Shown piece by piece: positions 35,304-51,619 of a stretch of DNA of 64,000 nt (position 1 is its first letter; the number at the start of each line of letters is the position of its first letter). The position numbers were made by a program, and so were the translations under genes. The stretch spans positions 558,001-622,000 of the forward strand of contig JADEYG010000012.1 of NCBI GenBank assembly GCA_016906335.1, read 5' to 3'. The DNA comes from Novakomyces olei. Taxonomy: Eukaryota. The notes beneath the pieces are model-generated. The model did not search any database, was not told the origin of the DNA, and saw nothing but the letters and a program-made list of their open reading frames with translations.

Positions 35304-35566
35304 TGGTTCATTGATTGTCTTGTTCATTTTGAATTTTATTATTTCAAAGTCCTTTACACAACCCTGCTCTGTCCCTTAGCAGGCAAAGTATCCAGGGCAC
35401 AGGTAGGGTCAAGAGCACATTAATTAAATCTTGCACTACACCGACCGCTCACTCGAGCGACTACTGATCTGCTACACGTAAAATTGGCCGTTTGCAAAAC
35501 TGGCCATTAGCAAAAATGGCCGTTTGCAAAACTGGCACTTTAAAAAGCAAATAATACATTACTCTG

Positions 35567-36193
35567 CTACTTGCGGTACCACAACCGAGTGCTGCGCTGT
35601 GTGGAAATCTTCTTTTGCAGCAAGAAAATTCCGTACATGAGCGCCTCTGAAGTCGGCGGGCATCCTGGCACATATACATCTACGGGAACGATTCTGTCAC
35701 AGCCTCGCACGACGCTGTAAGAATAATGATAGTAGCCGCCACCATTCGCGCAAGATCCCATAGAAATGACCCAGCGAGGTTCCGGCATTTGGTCGTAGAC
35801 CTGTCGAAGCGCCGGCGCCATCTTGTTTGTAAGCGTGCCCGCCACAATCATCACATCCGACTGACGCGGAGAAGCGCGGAAAATGATTCCCAGCCGGTCT
35901 TGATCGTAGCGCGGGGTCGACACGTGCATCATCTCCACGGCACAGCAAGCGAGTCCGAATGTGAGAGGCCAGAAAGATCCGTTCCGAGCCCAATTTGCCA
36001 CAGCGTCCATAGACGTGAGGACATAGTCCAGCGAGTTTTGGGGCGTTGATTCTGAGGCCAAAGGCAGATCACGAGGCAGCGATGTGCGGCGCTCTGCCAG
36101 GCTGGTCGAGGCCATCCGCACGGGACCACTGAGTGCCGCCGGCCTGGCGAATGGCTGCCGCAGTACAGTCCGTGCTGCTCGCGGGTAAAGCAT
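35567..36193 (-). CDS. NDUFS7: Complex I PSST/20 kDa Fe-S subunit
   Basis: [32 protein letters not shown] and VYVPGCPPT, with a mitochondrial presequence. Intronless. Confidence 0.97.
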   Translation of the reverse strand: MLYPRAARTVLRQPFARPAALSGPVRMASTSLAERRTSLPRDLPLASESTPQNSLDYVLTSMDAVANWARNGSFWPLTFGLACCAVEMMHVSTPRYDQDRLGIIFRASPRQSDVMIVAGTLTNKMAPALRQVYDQMPEPRWVISMGSCANGGGYYHYSYSVVRGCDRIVPVDVYVPGCPPTSEALMYGIFLLQKKISTQRSTRLWYRK

Positions 36194-36672
36194 AGTATTG
36201 GGCTTTTGCAATCTGTCTATTTGCCCGTGTGTACTTATTTACGTTTATTTGATTGGATCGATTGCCCTATATTATAATACTGTAAAATAAGATAAAGAAA
36301 AATACATAGTATAAAATAGGCACTATAAAATCCAATAGTATAAAATACGGCGGTACAAGGCAATATAGCCCTGTATAGACAGAAATAAATACTATCAGTT
36401 TCATAAAAAAAATATTAATAGCAGTAATAAAATACTTAAAAACTGACAATAGTTGTGGCACAAGCAATCTATCATCCACCTGTCCACATTCAGAGCAGCT
36501 ATGAAGTCACACAGACGTCGCTGCCTGTAATGGAAATCCAAAAGAAAGAAAGAAAGAAGAAGGAAGAAGGCAGAAGGAAAGCCAATGGCAGAAACTTACT
36601 GGCCCGTTGGCAGTATAAAAAGCGTTGAGCAAGTGCTAAAGACGGCACCGCCTCGCAAACTACGTCATTGCC

Positions 36673-37696
<1,024 letters not shown>

Positions 37697-38498
37697 GTTT
37701 GGTCACACGGACATAGCATTACACACATTGTAGGGAAAACGACGAGCTCATTGATTTAATTATAGCACAACGATTCATCGAATGGCCAGGTAAACCCTAA
37801 CCCTGATTTTGATCTCACCAAATCCTGCTCCCTTATTGATGCTCGTTGATGCAAACTATGCCGGCCATTTTGCAGCTGGGTTACAATCGTTTGGAAGTCG
37901 CCTAATTTGTCTTGACTGTTATAAGCGTGTAGGGAATCACTACGGCATGATTAAAAGGACGACAATAATATTCTTAATCGCGGACTGATCATTGTAAATA
38001 TTCGACTATAGTCATTGCATAGATTTGTAAAGGCTGTTGACCGCGGACCATGTATAGTCCAATGAAGGGACAGCACGAGAAACTGCTCACGATTAAAAGA
38101 ATTAATACCCGGCAATTACTATTACTATTATGCACTATGGCGCATAAACACAGAGCTGAACGCATATACAGAGACCTAATGTCTGCGCGAGTGAGCAGCC
38201 AAATGTTATCGATACACGCCATTTGGAAAGGGCTCGTTTGTCATGCTTTAAACACTGTCAGACTCTTTTGCCAGCCTATGCAAAAGTGCCTGCCACAAAA
38301 ATTGGATTAATTTAAATATATAGAAAAGACGATATTTAGAAAAGACGACATAGAGACGATGATATATAGAGACGACGAAATATAAAAAAGACGAATTAAA
38401 ACTCGAATTAAATTAAATTCTAGATTAAACTAAATACCCTAGTGACGCGTATTCTGGGGACGGGGCCGCATAGCTCGAGCAATGTTATACCCTTCTGC

Positions 38499-39783
38499 AT
38501 GAGTGCCCACGTGCTTCAGGTGGACAGGCACGAAAGGTACTTTCGCCGCTGCTTGACGCTACTTCCGCCGGCGTATGTACAAGAAGATGAGTCGCGAATG
38601 GGCCTTGCTTTCCTCTGCTTATCCGGCCTGGAAGTCCTAAACGGAGGCGCTTGCCGGGCTCTTGCCAGTGCAGAAGCTTGGCGAGAGTGGATATACCGAT
38701 GCTGCCGTGTCTACACTACTCCTGACGGATGCACCGCCTGTGGCTTCAGCTCTGCTCCGTGCAAAGGCAGCAAGCCGAGCATTGCCAATACCTATTTTGC
38801 CCTTTGCTCTCTCCTACTGTTGGGCGACGATCGTCTACTGCGAATTGATCTCTCCCAACTGCTATGCTTTGTCCGCGAGTGCTACAGCGATGGCCGCTTC
38901 TACTCTCACGCGCAGGGACTGGGCGAGTCCGACGCGAGGCAAGCACAAATGGCTCTGGCTGTAATTCGCATTGCCGAACGAATTGCTGATACTTTGTTAC
39001 GCGACGCGTTTCGCGATTTTCGACACGATATCGCGTCGCTCGTCTCGGCTCGGCTTGGCTCGTGTGTTGCGTACGACGGGGGTGTCGCGCTTCGGCCGGG
39101 CGGTGAGTCTCATGGTAAGTGGTCCACAACGAAATTAAAATAAATAAAAATAAATAAAAATTAAAAATTAAAAATAAAAACAAATAAAAATAAAAATGAA
39201 GATAAAAATAAAATAAATGAACAAATAAATAAAAGCAAAAAGCTGGATAAAGAGACCAAAGATTCATACGAGACGTTTTGTTGATGCATTCGACTTTTCA
39301 TCGTATTGCGCAGCCTGATAATTAAGGATACAATGACAATACTGACCTGCAGCGGGATTCACTTTCTGTGCAATCGCGGCACAGTGCTTGCTGGCTGATG
39401 ATAATGGCCCTGGTTTGGTGCGCGACCGTGATCGGACTATTATCTGGCTAGTACACCGGCAGCAAGCAAATGGGGGCTGTAATGGGCGAGTGGGGAAAGT
39501 CACAGATACTTGTTATAGTTTTTGGGTGGCAGCCAGCCTTAGTCTGCTGCAAGGCCCAAGCATGAATTGCTCACGAGGCGCCGAGTACCTTTTGCGGGAA
39601 TGCCAGAGTCCGTTGGGCGGGTTTACTAAGCATCCAGGGGATTTCCCTGATGTACTACACTCATACTTGGCTCTTGCTGCTCTAAGCATACTGGAACACA
39701 CGGCGGGAAAAGATTGCCCACTCGGACGTGTGCATTCGGGTCTCTGTATCCCTGAAAAGATATTTACTAAAGAGTCAAGTTAA
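38499..39783 (+). CDS. CDC43: Geranylgeranyltransferase type I beta subunit (Cdc43/Cwg2)
   Basis: HERYFRRCLTLLP, IANTYFAL, YDGG...PGGESH|AGFTFCA, NGRVGK..DTCYSFW and D.LHSYLALA. A-rich intron at about 39115-39352. Confidence 0.9.
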
Positions 39784-39971
39784 TGGCTAGAGCATTTTTG
39801 CATAATGTACAAGTCAATAAACATTTGTAGTGATCAGATTCCAATCATATGTTTCCATACTGCAACAAAACACGTGGACGCAGAATTAAATGGTAGAAAT
39901 ACAAGCATTATTCTACTCCGATACCTTTGTACTCTAGACAAAAATAAAGACAAACTTTTTCTCTTCTTCCA

Positions 39972-40457
39972 CTAGAAGCCTCGCGCCCGACCGCGACCGC
40001 CTCCGCCGCCTCCACCTCCACGACCCCGAGGCGCCCCACGCCCGCCACGTCCACGGCCTCTTCCACGCACAGCCGCCTCCATCTTTTTGCTATGGCGCTT
40101 GGGCGCATCATCGATGAGAAGAGTGTCGAGTGGAATACCGTCCGGCAGAATAAAATAACGAATATTATTGCCACGAATTGACAGTGACTCCAAGGGGACG
40201 GGCTCGCGGCCCCGTACAGTCATTTTAACAGTTTTTAGATGCGTATTCATCTGCATGTCGACTGCTGTGATTGTGCCGTTTATGACAGTGCCATTTTTCA
40301 GTTCAACGGACACCGACTCGTTGGTCAATTTCATGAGAAACCTAAACGTTAGAACAAGACAAGAGGCAAATATTATAGTGAAACTTTAGAATTTGGAGAT
40401 TGGTGCGCAAAGTGCGAGACAATTAGAGGGCAGTGCAACGTACCTGACCAACTTCAT
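39972..40457 (-). CDS. SMD1: Small nuclear ribonucleoprotein Sm D1
   Basis: [23 protein letters not shown]...[20 protein letters not shown] and an RG-rich tail. One intron. Confidence 0.97.
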
Positions 40458-40514
40458 CTTTGCGCTCACGCAGTCACTGTGATCGCGGCGAGAGGATTAG
40501 TGTTTGTATGGTGA

Positions 40515-40659
<145 letters not shown>

Positions 40660-40735
40660 CAAGATGTCACATTCACAAATGCCAAACCTCATCCATGCTC
40701 TCGTCTGATGATAAGCCAATGCTATTGCAGTAGAC

Positions 40736-41334
40736 ATGGAGGACGAGCGGCAAGCAGCAGTAGGGTCAACAGTATCGGCTGCTCCGCCACTGCGCACAGT
40801 CTCATCGGGTCCGAGTGCAGTCGATGTCGATGTCACAGTACCTTTGGCACAGAGGACGAATGTACTGGTCAGTTTCCGCGAATTAGCAGAAGCAAAATAT
40901 GGATGGACGGCTCTGCACCCTCAATTGGCAGCGCGATTGAAGGCTGATGTCGGTGCTGCAGCTGACTCTGACGACGAGTCTGATTCTGCTACTGACGCAG
41001 AACATCTTTTAGAAGCAACAATTGACAGCTCAAATCCCGCTGGATCGGCGAGAAAAGTGCAGCCACCTCCGGCACCGCCAAAGAAGCGGCGAATAGGGGA
41101 CGAGTATGATCGAAATGACCCATTTATCGACGATGAAGAGTTGTATATGGAAGAAGAAGCGGCCGTTAGCAAAGACGGCTTTTTCGTGTTCTCTGGTCCA
41201 TTAATAATGGAGGGATCAAAGGTTTCGTTGGAGAAAGCTGATGGAAGTGGTCTTAGACGGAACAGGGGAAAACGCGTGACCGCTCCAAGGCGCCGTGCTG
41301 GAACTAATGGTGGAGGAGCTGTTGGAGTTGAAGG

Positions 41335-41367
<33 letters not shown>

Positions 41368-42394
41368 GCCTGCCTCTGGAACTGCAACTCCCTCTGCTCC
41401 TGCAGGGGCTCTATCATCAGCAGCGGCCGCTGCTTCGGCATCTTCTCCAGCTCCAGCTCAAAACCCCCAAGGCTCTCTACAGTCCTCGAGCAGTACAAAA
41501 CGGAGCCATCGACCAGACAAAAAAGCTGAAAAGGACTCTACCGGGTCTGCAAAGAAATCTGAAAAATCAAAGTCAGGGCAGGCTACTGGGCCAGAAGCAC
41601 AGAGTGCAGGGGACGGCGACGCAGCTCCACCACCACAGAAAAAACCCAAAAATTCGTCTACTTCAGCGGCCAAACGGAAAGACCCTTCTACCACGAATGA
41701 GGAGGCAAGCAAGCATACGGCTAATGGTACAGTCGGCAAGGCACAGCAGTCTAGTACGCATCATTCGTCGAATGCTGCGTATCCCTATGCTAATGCTTCG
41801 AGCATAAACATACCGAGTTCAATAGAGCCGGAGAATGCCCAAATTCAAGTACAAATTGGAGGCACTGAGGCGCGTAAAGCTGCTGCTGCGCTTGATGAAA
41901 CTCGGCCAATGGCGAAACGGAAGTCCCACTTGCCAGAGAACGAAAACGTACACCAACACAATAATGCCGATGGCTCAAATATCAATAATACTACAAACGA
42001 CGGCCCGTCTGCAAACAAGTCCAAGGCAAAACCGGATCCGAACCGCCCTGGAAATGCACCACACGGGTTGAGAAAAGACGGGACTCCTCGAAAGATCTCA
42101 CGGCCAAAACCGCGAGCTTCCCCGGCAAATGCTAGCCCAATGACGGAGAAAACGACTGTAGGAGCCCCGTCGCCTCTGCCGTCGTTAGACCCGTTAGAAC
42201 AAGGCAGTCCAGCACCGTCTTTACCAGAAAAATCGCCAGCCTTGACCCGCCAGTCTTCAATTTCTGGCCTGTTGACCAAGCAATCAACACCGAAACCAGG
42301 TGATTCCTCCCCGCGGCAAGCAGTACAATCAGGGCCGGCAGCGGCACACGGTCTGGCTCCTATCTATATAAATCTTGATGGAGCGGACGATTAG
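40736..42394 (+). CDS. HPC2: HIR complex subunit Hpc2/Hip4 (HUN domain)
   Basis: VSFRELAEAKYGW..LHP and DEYDRNDPFIDDEE....AAVSKDGFFVFSGPL, with a long disordered C-terminus. Confidence 0.88.
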
Positions 42395-42955
42395 CTCTAT
42401 ACTTTCAACACATTCACATTTACATTTACATTTACCTTTCATTATCATTTACATTTACATTTACATTATTTCGAGATACGCAGTCATTTTACAATCACGA
42501 GCACGGTGCAAGAGCAGGAAAACGTTCAATGTACCTGTGCATAAGCAACGATAACGGTTTGGCAGGACTAAACAGGACGGCAGTATTCTGGAATACCGGC
42601 ATGTCATATACCCAAAGTGCCTTGAAACCAGCCGTTGTAATATTACCATACTTTTACTAGTCAGAATATTTCTGTTTAAAAGTACAGAGTTTACTTGACG
42701 CAATGCAATAGTTTCAACATTTGCCTGAGCTTCAACGGCCCATTGGCCTTCAAAGATTGGCTGTCTGCCCATCTGCTTGTAAATGTACTGTAAGCCTTTG
42801 TATGAATAAACGAATAAATCGTTCGACGAGATGGGTAATCACTCTTTTGTCGAGCAGTTTATATTCTGGTCGAGCAGTTTATATTGTGGGCAATCAACAG
42901 TCAGGGCAGCAAGTGCACAAGAATACAAGTCGAGATTTGCCATCAATTTATAGCA

Positions 42956-45462
<2,507 letters not shown>

Positions 45463-45792
45463 TGCTCTTGTGATTTGTTTTCGTATACATTGTACGCACC
45501 AACTATAACCGCGCGTTTTTCACTATAATTAATACTGATTTATATGTAATATCGTCATTAGTACTCGACTAGTCAATGAATATCGTCAAATAATATTAAT
45601 ATTATAATTATATATAATTATATAGATATAAATATATATATAAATATAAATATAAATATATATATATATTATATATATATTATATGTACTAGAGTATGGG
45701 ATTGGATAGTGACATTAACGACAGGATAGCGCCATCAATGGCCGAGATTCATTAATGGCCGGGGTCGTTCTCCTCCTTATTTTCACCAGTTG

Positions 45793-46505
45793 TCAGGTAC
45801 TCTTTTGTTCTTTCGTCGACTCTTGTTTCGTCGTCTCTTGTTTTATCGGCTCTTGTTTTGTCGTCTCTTGTTTTATCGACTCTTGTTTTATCGTCTCTTT
45901 TTTCTGTAGTGCACTCTTTTGTACTGTAGTCAACGAGACTTTGCCCAAACGATCGGCCAGATCGTCTGCGTCCTGCACCGTGTTGCGTGCCTCGTCGTTG
46001 ACCCCTTTTTGAGCGCTACCAGCCACTTGCTTTTGGCCATGGCCCCGTGAAAATCGAGGGAGAACGTCTTTTCCTGTGCTGCCAGTAGGCCTCGTGCTTG
46101 CATGAGTCTCGCGTGTAGATTTAGGCGTATTCCCCTCCGTACAGCGGCTATCAGCGACCCGTCCACCGTCGCCTCGACGAAACGGTGGCACATAAGCCGT
46201 CGTAGTTTCGAGTCTGCTTAACGCGTCCGTCCGTGGCGGTTGGCCTACCCTTGCCTGCTCGTCTAGGGCTGCCTGCTTTCTTCTCGCCTCGACCCGTGGG
46301 CTTCGGAACCGGGGTACATCCTCGGCTGGAGTGTACCCAGAGCGCACTTTGATTTCGCGGCGAATAGACCCGTCCGCACGTACAGACTGCGGGATAATAC
46401 GGCTTTTGCCCGCGTCCCTGTCCCGAGCACTGCATGTAAGCGTGGCAGAAAGGTAAAGTTTTACCCGGAGAAAGAACCGCCAGCGTCGGTCCTGCCTTTA
46501 TCCAT
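45793..46505 (-). CDS. PYM1: PYM/WIBG Mago-Y14-binding protein
   Basis: After a 35-nt intron: RIIPQSVRADGSIRREIKVRSGYTPAEDVPRF (Mago-binding motif). KQE[ST][IT] repeats at the C-terminus. Confidence 0.85.
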
Positions 46506-46923
46506 CACGGTAAACCCTATGGGAACCAACACCCATAAAGATACGCCTGAGCCGCTCAATTTGCTTGGCTTTGTGGCACAACCAAACGCATCTCGTTATT
46601 ATCGCAACTGCAAAGGCATATTATACAATTGCGGAGGAATTGACGAGTACCGTCAGCAAACTCGGACCTGACACTGTGGATTCGGTGGTACTGGTATAGA
46701 TTTATACAATAATATGCGCCGTAATGTTCCATAAAATAATAATGTGTAGAATAATAATGTATGTAATAACAATGTATAGCACTCGCAAAGATGTAAACCT
46801 TTATACGCGTTTTGCTTCACCGAACTAAAACAACTTTACTTGTAATTATAATGTAATATATTTAAAAGATATCGTCTATTTGTCTACGCTTTGCAGTAGA
46901 CCTCTATTGTAGCGCACACTGAT

Positions 46924-46950
46924 AGGGTAGGGTATGACTACACAGTCACA
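46924..46950 (+). promoter_or_regulatory. Homol E (AGGGTAGGGT, 46924-46933) and Homol D (CAGTCACA, 46943-46950) ribosomal-protein promoter boxes
   Basis: Exact matches to both S. pombe consensus elements, in the canonical order, about 60 nt upstream of the RPL30 ATG. Confidence 0.88.
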
Positions 46951-47008
46951 CGATCATCAAATGTGTAGTTTGTACACAAACGGCGGCACAGACAGCACCA
47001 ATTACACA

Positions 47009-47341
47009 ATGGCTCCCAACACAAAGAAGAGCAAGAAGAGCGGCGAGACCATCAACTCTCGTTTGGCTCTCGTCGTCAAGTCTGGCAAATACACTCTGGG
47101 CTACAAATCGACCATCAAATCTCTGCGATCTGGCAGGTCGAAGCTCGTAATAATTGCCGGTAACACGCCGCCTCTGCGCAAGTCTGAGCTCGAGTACTAT
47201 GCTATGCTGGCCAAGGCCAACGTCCATCACTATACCGGTAACAACATTGATCTCGGCACTGCCTGTGGACGGCTTTTCCGCGTCGGCGTTTTGAGCATCA
47301 CTGACCCTGGTGACTCTGACATCCTTACCGCCTCTCAGTAG
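47009..47341 (+). CDS. RPL30: 60S ribosomal protein L30 (eL30), intronless CDS
   Basis: [37 protein letters not shown] and [25 protein letters not shown]. Confidence 0.98.
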   Translation: MAPNTKKSKKSGETINSRLALVVKSGKYTLGYKSTIKSLRSGRSKLVIIAGNTPPLRKSELEYYAMLAKANVHHYTGNNIDLGTACGRLFRVGVLSITDPGDSDILTASQ

Positions 47342-48456
47342 ATCGCTACTGTTGCATCACAAAGCGCACGTTTGCTGCGACGTTTATACCACTATGCTTG
47401 CTGCGGCAAAAGTAGCAAGCCGCATCGTGAATGTGGAGGATGTAGATATGTCTTAAATACATTCAGAGAAGCATTCTGGACATTTCGCAATTATTTCTTT
47501 GTTCTACTGTAGATCACCAATGGTTTGATATCCCGAGCAGTGCATGGCTTGTGCTTTGTAGAGTGCCTTGCTCGGGATGATCATTATGCTTTTTGTCATT
47601 GATAGGTGTGTAGATTCTTCGCTGTTTCCACTAGTCATTGATATTTGCTAGAACCCTCGAGTAGACTAGACGGCCTAGGCTCGTCGTAAATGTCAATATA
47701 TAGCTATGGATACCAAAAATTAAAATTTATTAAACGGACAATATTGGCATTATGCGAATCGATTCGATCCGGTAACAAAGTCCCAAGTATTAATGAAAAA
47801 TTTATGAAGTATTATATGTATTTCTATTGACGCTCATGAGCACGTATCAGAATTGTAGAACAATGCAATTTAATCTTCATCCTTCGGGCATTATTGCAGT
47901 GCCCATCTGTTATTGGGACAGTTCTTTATTCTTGTGTCTACTGCCTTCTCTACGTACCCTCATCATATACGAGGAGCTACCTATCCTGACTAGATCTGAT
48001 AAGATACCGATCCTCATATGTGATTGGTCTTTACAATAATCCAAATATTAATATTAAGTAAGCCTGTACTGTATTTTTAAACCTCGTTCCTCTGTAGAAT
48101 TTAATTATTAATATTATTATAAACGCAAGTCATTTATGCCCAAAAGTTCACGAACATTAGATTATTAGCTGCGACGCCATTGAAGTCGTCCAGCATTGAA
48201 TCAAAGCGATATAGAATCTCACTATCCACAAGGCCTGCTCAATCTCTCGGCGTAAGAAACGCTCCGATAATATTTACTTTATAGTTATCTACATAATTGA
48301 GACATATAATATAAATTAGCATTTAATATTAAGTCGATCTCGGTTCAATAATATTCGTATTATGACTGAAAAAATTAATAATTAATAGACATTATTGCTA
48401 TTGGCACTAATATAGGCAAAAGAAAAAAGGGAGGATTAAACATCTAGCCACAAGAA

Positions 48457-49721
48457 ATGGCTTTTGAGGGCGAAGCTATTCTGGCGTCCCCGGAGGAGCT
48501 TGAGTATGAGGCTTTGCCTGCGACAGCGCCTCTACGGGCACAATTATGCGCCGGAGCCTTTGCCGGTATTATGGTATGCGTATTTTTTAAATCAAGTTTT
48601 TCTTTTTTTTGAGACGGAGAGTTCTGCATTCCAAAAGCGCTGCCTTTGATCCGTTCCTTTTCTACTTCAATGGTTTTTTTGTCTTTGTTTCACGACCTGT
48701 ATCAGATCTCGTTTGCGACTTTACAACTTCATTTAAAAGATGCCTTTAGTCTTATCATGGCACTCCAGACTTTTTTTGCCTTTTTTCAACGCCGCTATGA
48801 CATATTCTTTTTCTCCAAATCTATCTCAATAATTTGCTTTGAGACTCGGTTCTTACATTTTTACTTTTGTACATTTTCTTTCTTATGCAAATACTTTGTT
48901 GCTAATTTGTGCAGGAACATACAGTTATGTATCCTGTAGACGCGATCAAAACTCGGATGCAGTTAGTCCAGCCCACACCGGCCGCCGTATATCACGGATT
49001 ATCACACGCTGTTTCCCGTATATCAAATACAGAAGGGTTACTTTCATTATGGAGAGGCATGTCGTCCGTAGTTCTCGGCGCAGGTCCCTCACACGCTGTG
49101 TATTTCGGTACTTATGAGTTTGTCAAGAACTCACTGGGCGGCAATGAGGATTCAAAGCATCATCCCTTTATTGCTGCTACAGCTGGTGCTTCTGCTACTA
49201 TTGCGGCAGACGCTCTTATGAACCCATTTGATGTAATTAAACAAAGAATGCAGATTCATGGATCTCATTTTCGGTCTATTTTTGCTTGTGCTCGCTCGAT
49301 TTATCGGACAGAGGGTTTACCCGCTTTCTACATATCATATCCAACCACGCTTACAATGACGGTACCATTTACGGCGATCCAGTTTACTACTTATGAGACT
49401 ATATCAAAATTACTGAATCCGCGGCACAAGTATGATCCTTTCACTCACGTTGTTTCTGGAGGAGCAGCGGGCGCCGTGGCCTCCGCTATCACTACGCCTC
49501 TCGACGTAATAAAAACATTGTTACAGACCCGCGGAACTAGTGCAAATGATGCTATTCGAAGGTGTAACAGTCTGGCCGGTGCTGCGCGCATTATTTATGG
49601 AACAGACGGCATTAAAGGGTTTACTCGTGGTCTCGGTCCACGTATGTTAACGGCCATGCCTAGCACAGCCTTGTGCTGGCTCAGTTACGAAGCAGGCAAG
49701 GAAGTGTTACAAAAGCTTTGA
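48457..49721 (+). CDS. MRS3: Mitochondrial iron carrier (mitoferrin, Mrs3/Mrs4)
   Basis: EYEALP, AGAFAGIM|EHTVMYPVDAIKTRMQ, GAGPSHAVYF, DALMNPFDVIKQRMQ and FYISYPTTLTMTVPF. Intron 48574-48914. Confidence 0.95.
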
Positions 49722-50821
49722 GTTCGATTATGGTTACTACATTTCATTATTTTCCCCCAATTGATACCTTTGGCCGGTCGATTTGTATGTGGGAAAGACG
49801 GCCTTTTTCAAAGGGTTTCGCACTATTTCTAGTGCTTACGAGTGGTTTTCGCTTATGCATGAATGAATATTCCTCCCGTGACTCGGCCCCATAGAGGGCA
49901 GCCCGAGGCTTGAGAGATTTTGCTAGCCGGAGCGCATTATAAATGCTTACATCCATATATATATACATACTTGCAAACAAATATACATACAGACATTGGC
50001 TCAAAACTCACATTATATACCGCTGTAGCCCATTCGTAAATTTTCTGGCACCGGTGAGTATGTTTTACATGTACTGTCGTCGTACAGTCATCTGGCAAAA
50101 CATGCAAAATCATGCAACAAGAGGCGGTCTGCGTGGAAGTCGGCAGAAATAATGTACCTATCATGATCTGCATTCAAAACAACAAGTGGGCCATCCCTAA
50201 GAGTACAATATCAAATGATTCTCAGTGAATTCCAGTGGACTTTTAGGATCGTTTCGAATTAAGGTTTATTCTCCGTCCTTTTGAACCCTAATGGGACGTA
50301 ACCTCCAAAGGCCACGCACGATATATCGAAAAAGTCCGCGATATAATGACAAATTTTAATGTGCGGAGAACCAAAATATAATGGCAGCTAAATTGCTTGC
50401 ACTCTTAGTTATGTACGCTGCACATAAAATTGCTTTAACGGACCTTGCTTGCTTCGTGTGGGATAATAATAAAACCAGAACACAACAAAAAACCAGCAAA
50501 TCATGCTCAGTCAAACAATAAATCGAATAATTAAAGGCACATTGCAGTGTATAGTAGACGAGGAACCGACGGCCGTCCTTGGCTTTGGCGGCAGTTGACA
50601 CCGGTTTAGAGGAAGGGTATAGAAAGGCAATTTAATGAAAATAGATGAGCAATCAGATTCACTGTACAATGCTTGCCGGTATTCTTACCTCGGGTCATTT
50701 ATTATTTACCCAAAAGCACAATTATCCAGATAATTTAGCGAAATTGTAGTTTATTGTACATTAAAACACCATTTTATAGACGGCCTTGGCATTACTCCAC
50801 ACAATAAAACGTCGCTCGCTC

Positions 50822-51329
50822 ATGGGCGCTTGTACTAGTAAACATGCGCAAACTGCGTATGATGATAACGCCGGGCCTCCTGCACCAAAACCCCGCAAGA
50901 CTTCTTCCAGCCACCACCAGCCGACGGCTGGTCGACGATTAGGCGGAGTTGAGGCTCAGACAGCGGCAGAGGGTACAAGCGCCGATGCACGTACTTCCGC
51001 GGCGGCCGCAGCAGAGGTATAGAAACTGCTTAATTACAGTGTTTATTTTTTAAATTTAATTTTTTTAAAATTTTGTTTTAGTTTTTGTTTTCATTTCATT
51101 TCATTTCATTTCATTTTTATTTTATTTTATTTTAGTTTGTCTTTCTCGAGTTGCCTAGTCTAATCGTCCAATTCAGAAACGAGCAAAAGAACAAGCGTCA
51201 CGGAACGGTGGCCAAATCTCTTCATCACTTGCTGCTGAGCGGAGCAAAAGCTCACGGCAGCATTTACAGGAAGCAAGTGCACAAAACCTCCGTGAACGAG
51301 AAATAAGCAACCGATTTGTCTGGGATTAA
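50822..51329 (+). CDS. Small SVIP-like protein with an N-myristoylation/palmitoylation motif
   Basis: MGACTSK, GRRLGG, ARTSAAAAAE|KRAK, and C-terminal FVWD*. One AT-rich intron at about 51017-51177. Confidence 0.7.
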
Positions 51330-51619
51330 TACGGACTGGTGCCGTTTGCTTTGATATAACTATAGAAACGAGACCCTGGCGATCGCCACTCGTTGCTGCC
51401 GGATCGATCCTGGAATGGCCAATACAATCACAGACAAAAGAACAACGATTGCCAGCAGCAAAGCGCTTGACTACAGTTACAATGATACTATGGCCTACAA
51501 GCTTTTCTTGCTCGGTCTGGAAAAAGGATACAGGATCATTACTTTGCTATACAATGTCGCAAGTGCAGGTTGACAGATCAGGGACAGAGCGTATTGACTA
51601 GATGCCTAGTAGTTGAGTG

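Noticed and set aside
42849-42890. 20-bp tandem duplication GTCGAGCAGTTTATATT; also a 10-bp triplication near 2009-2037 and (ACATTT)n near 42408-42466
   Set aside because: Small slippage products in 3' intergenic DNA with no evidence of function.
47745-47780. B-box-like GATTCGATCC as a possible tRNA gene
   Set aside because: No cloverleaf or A-box could be built around it.
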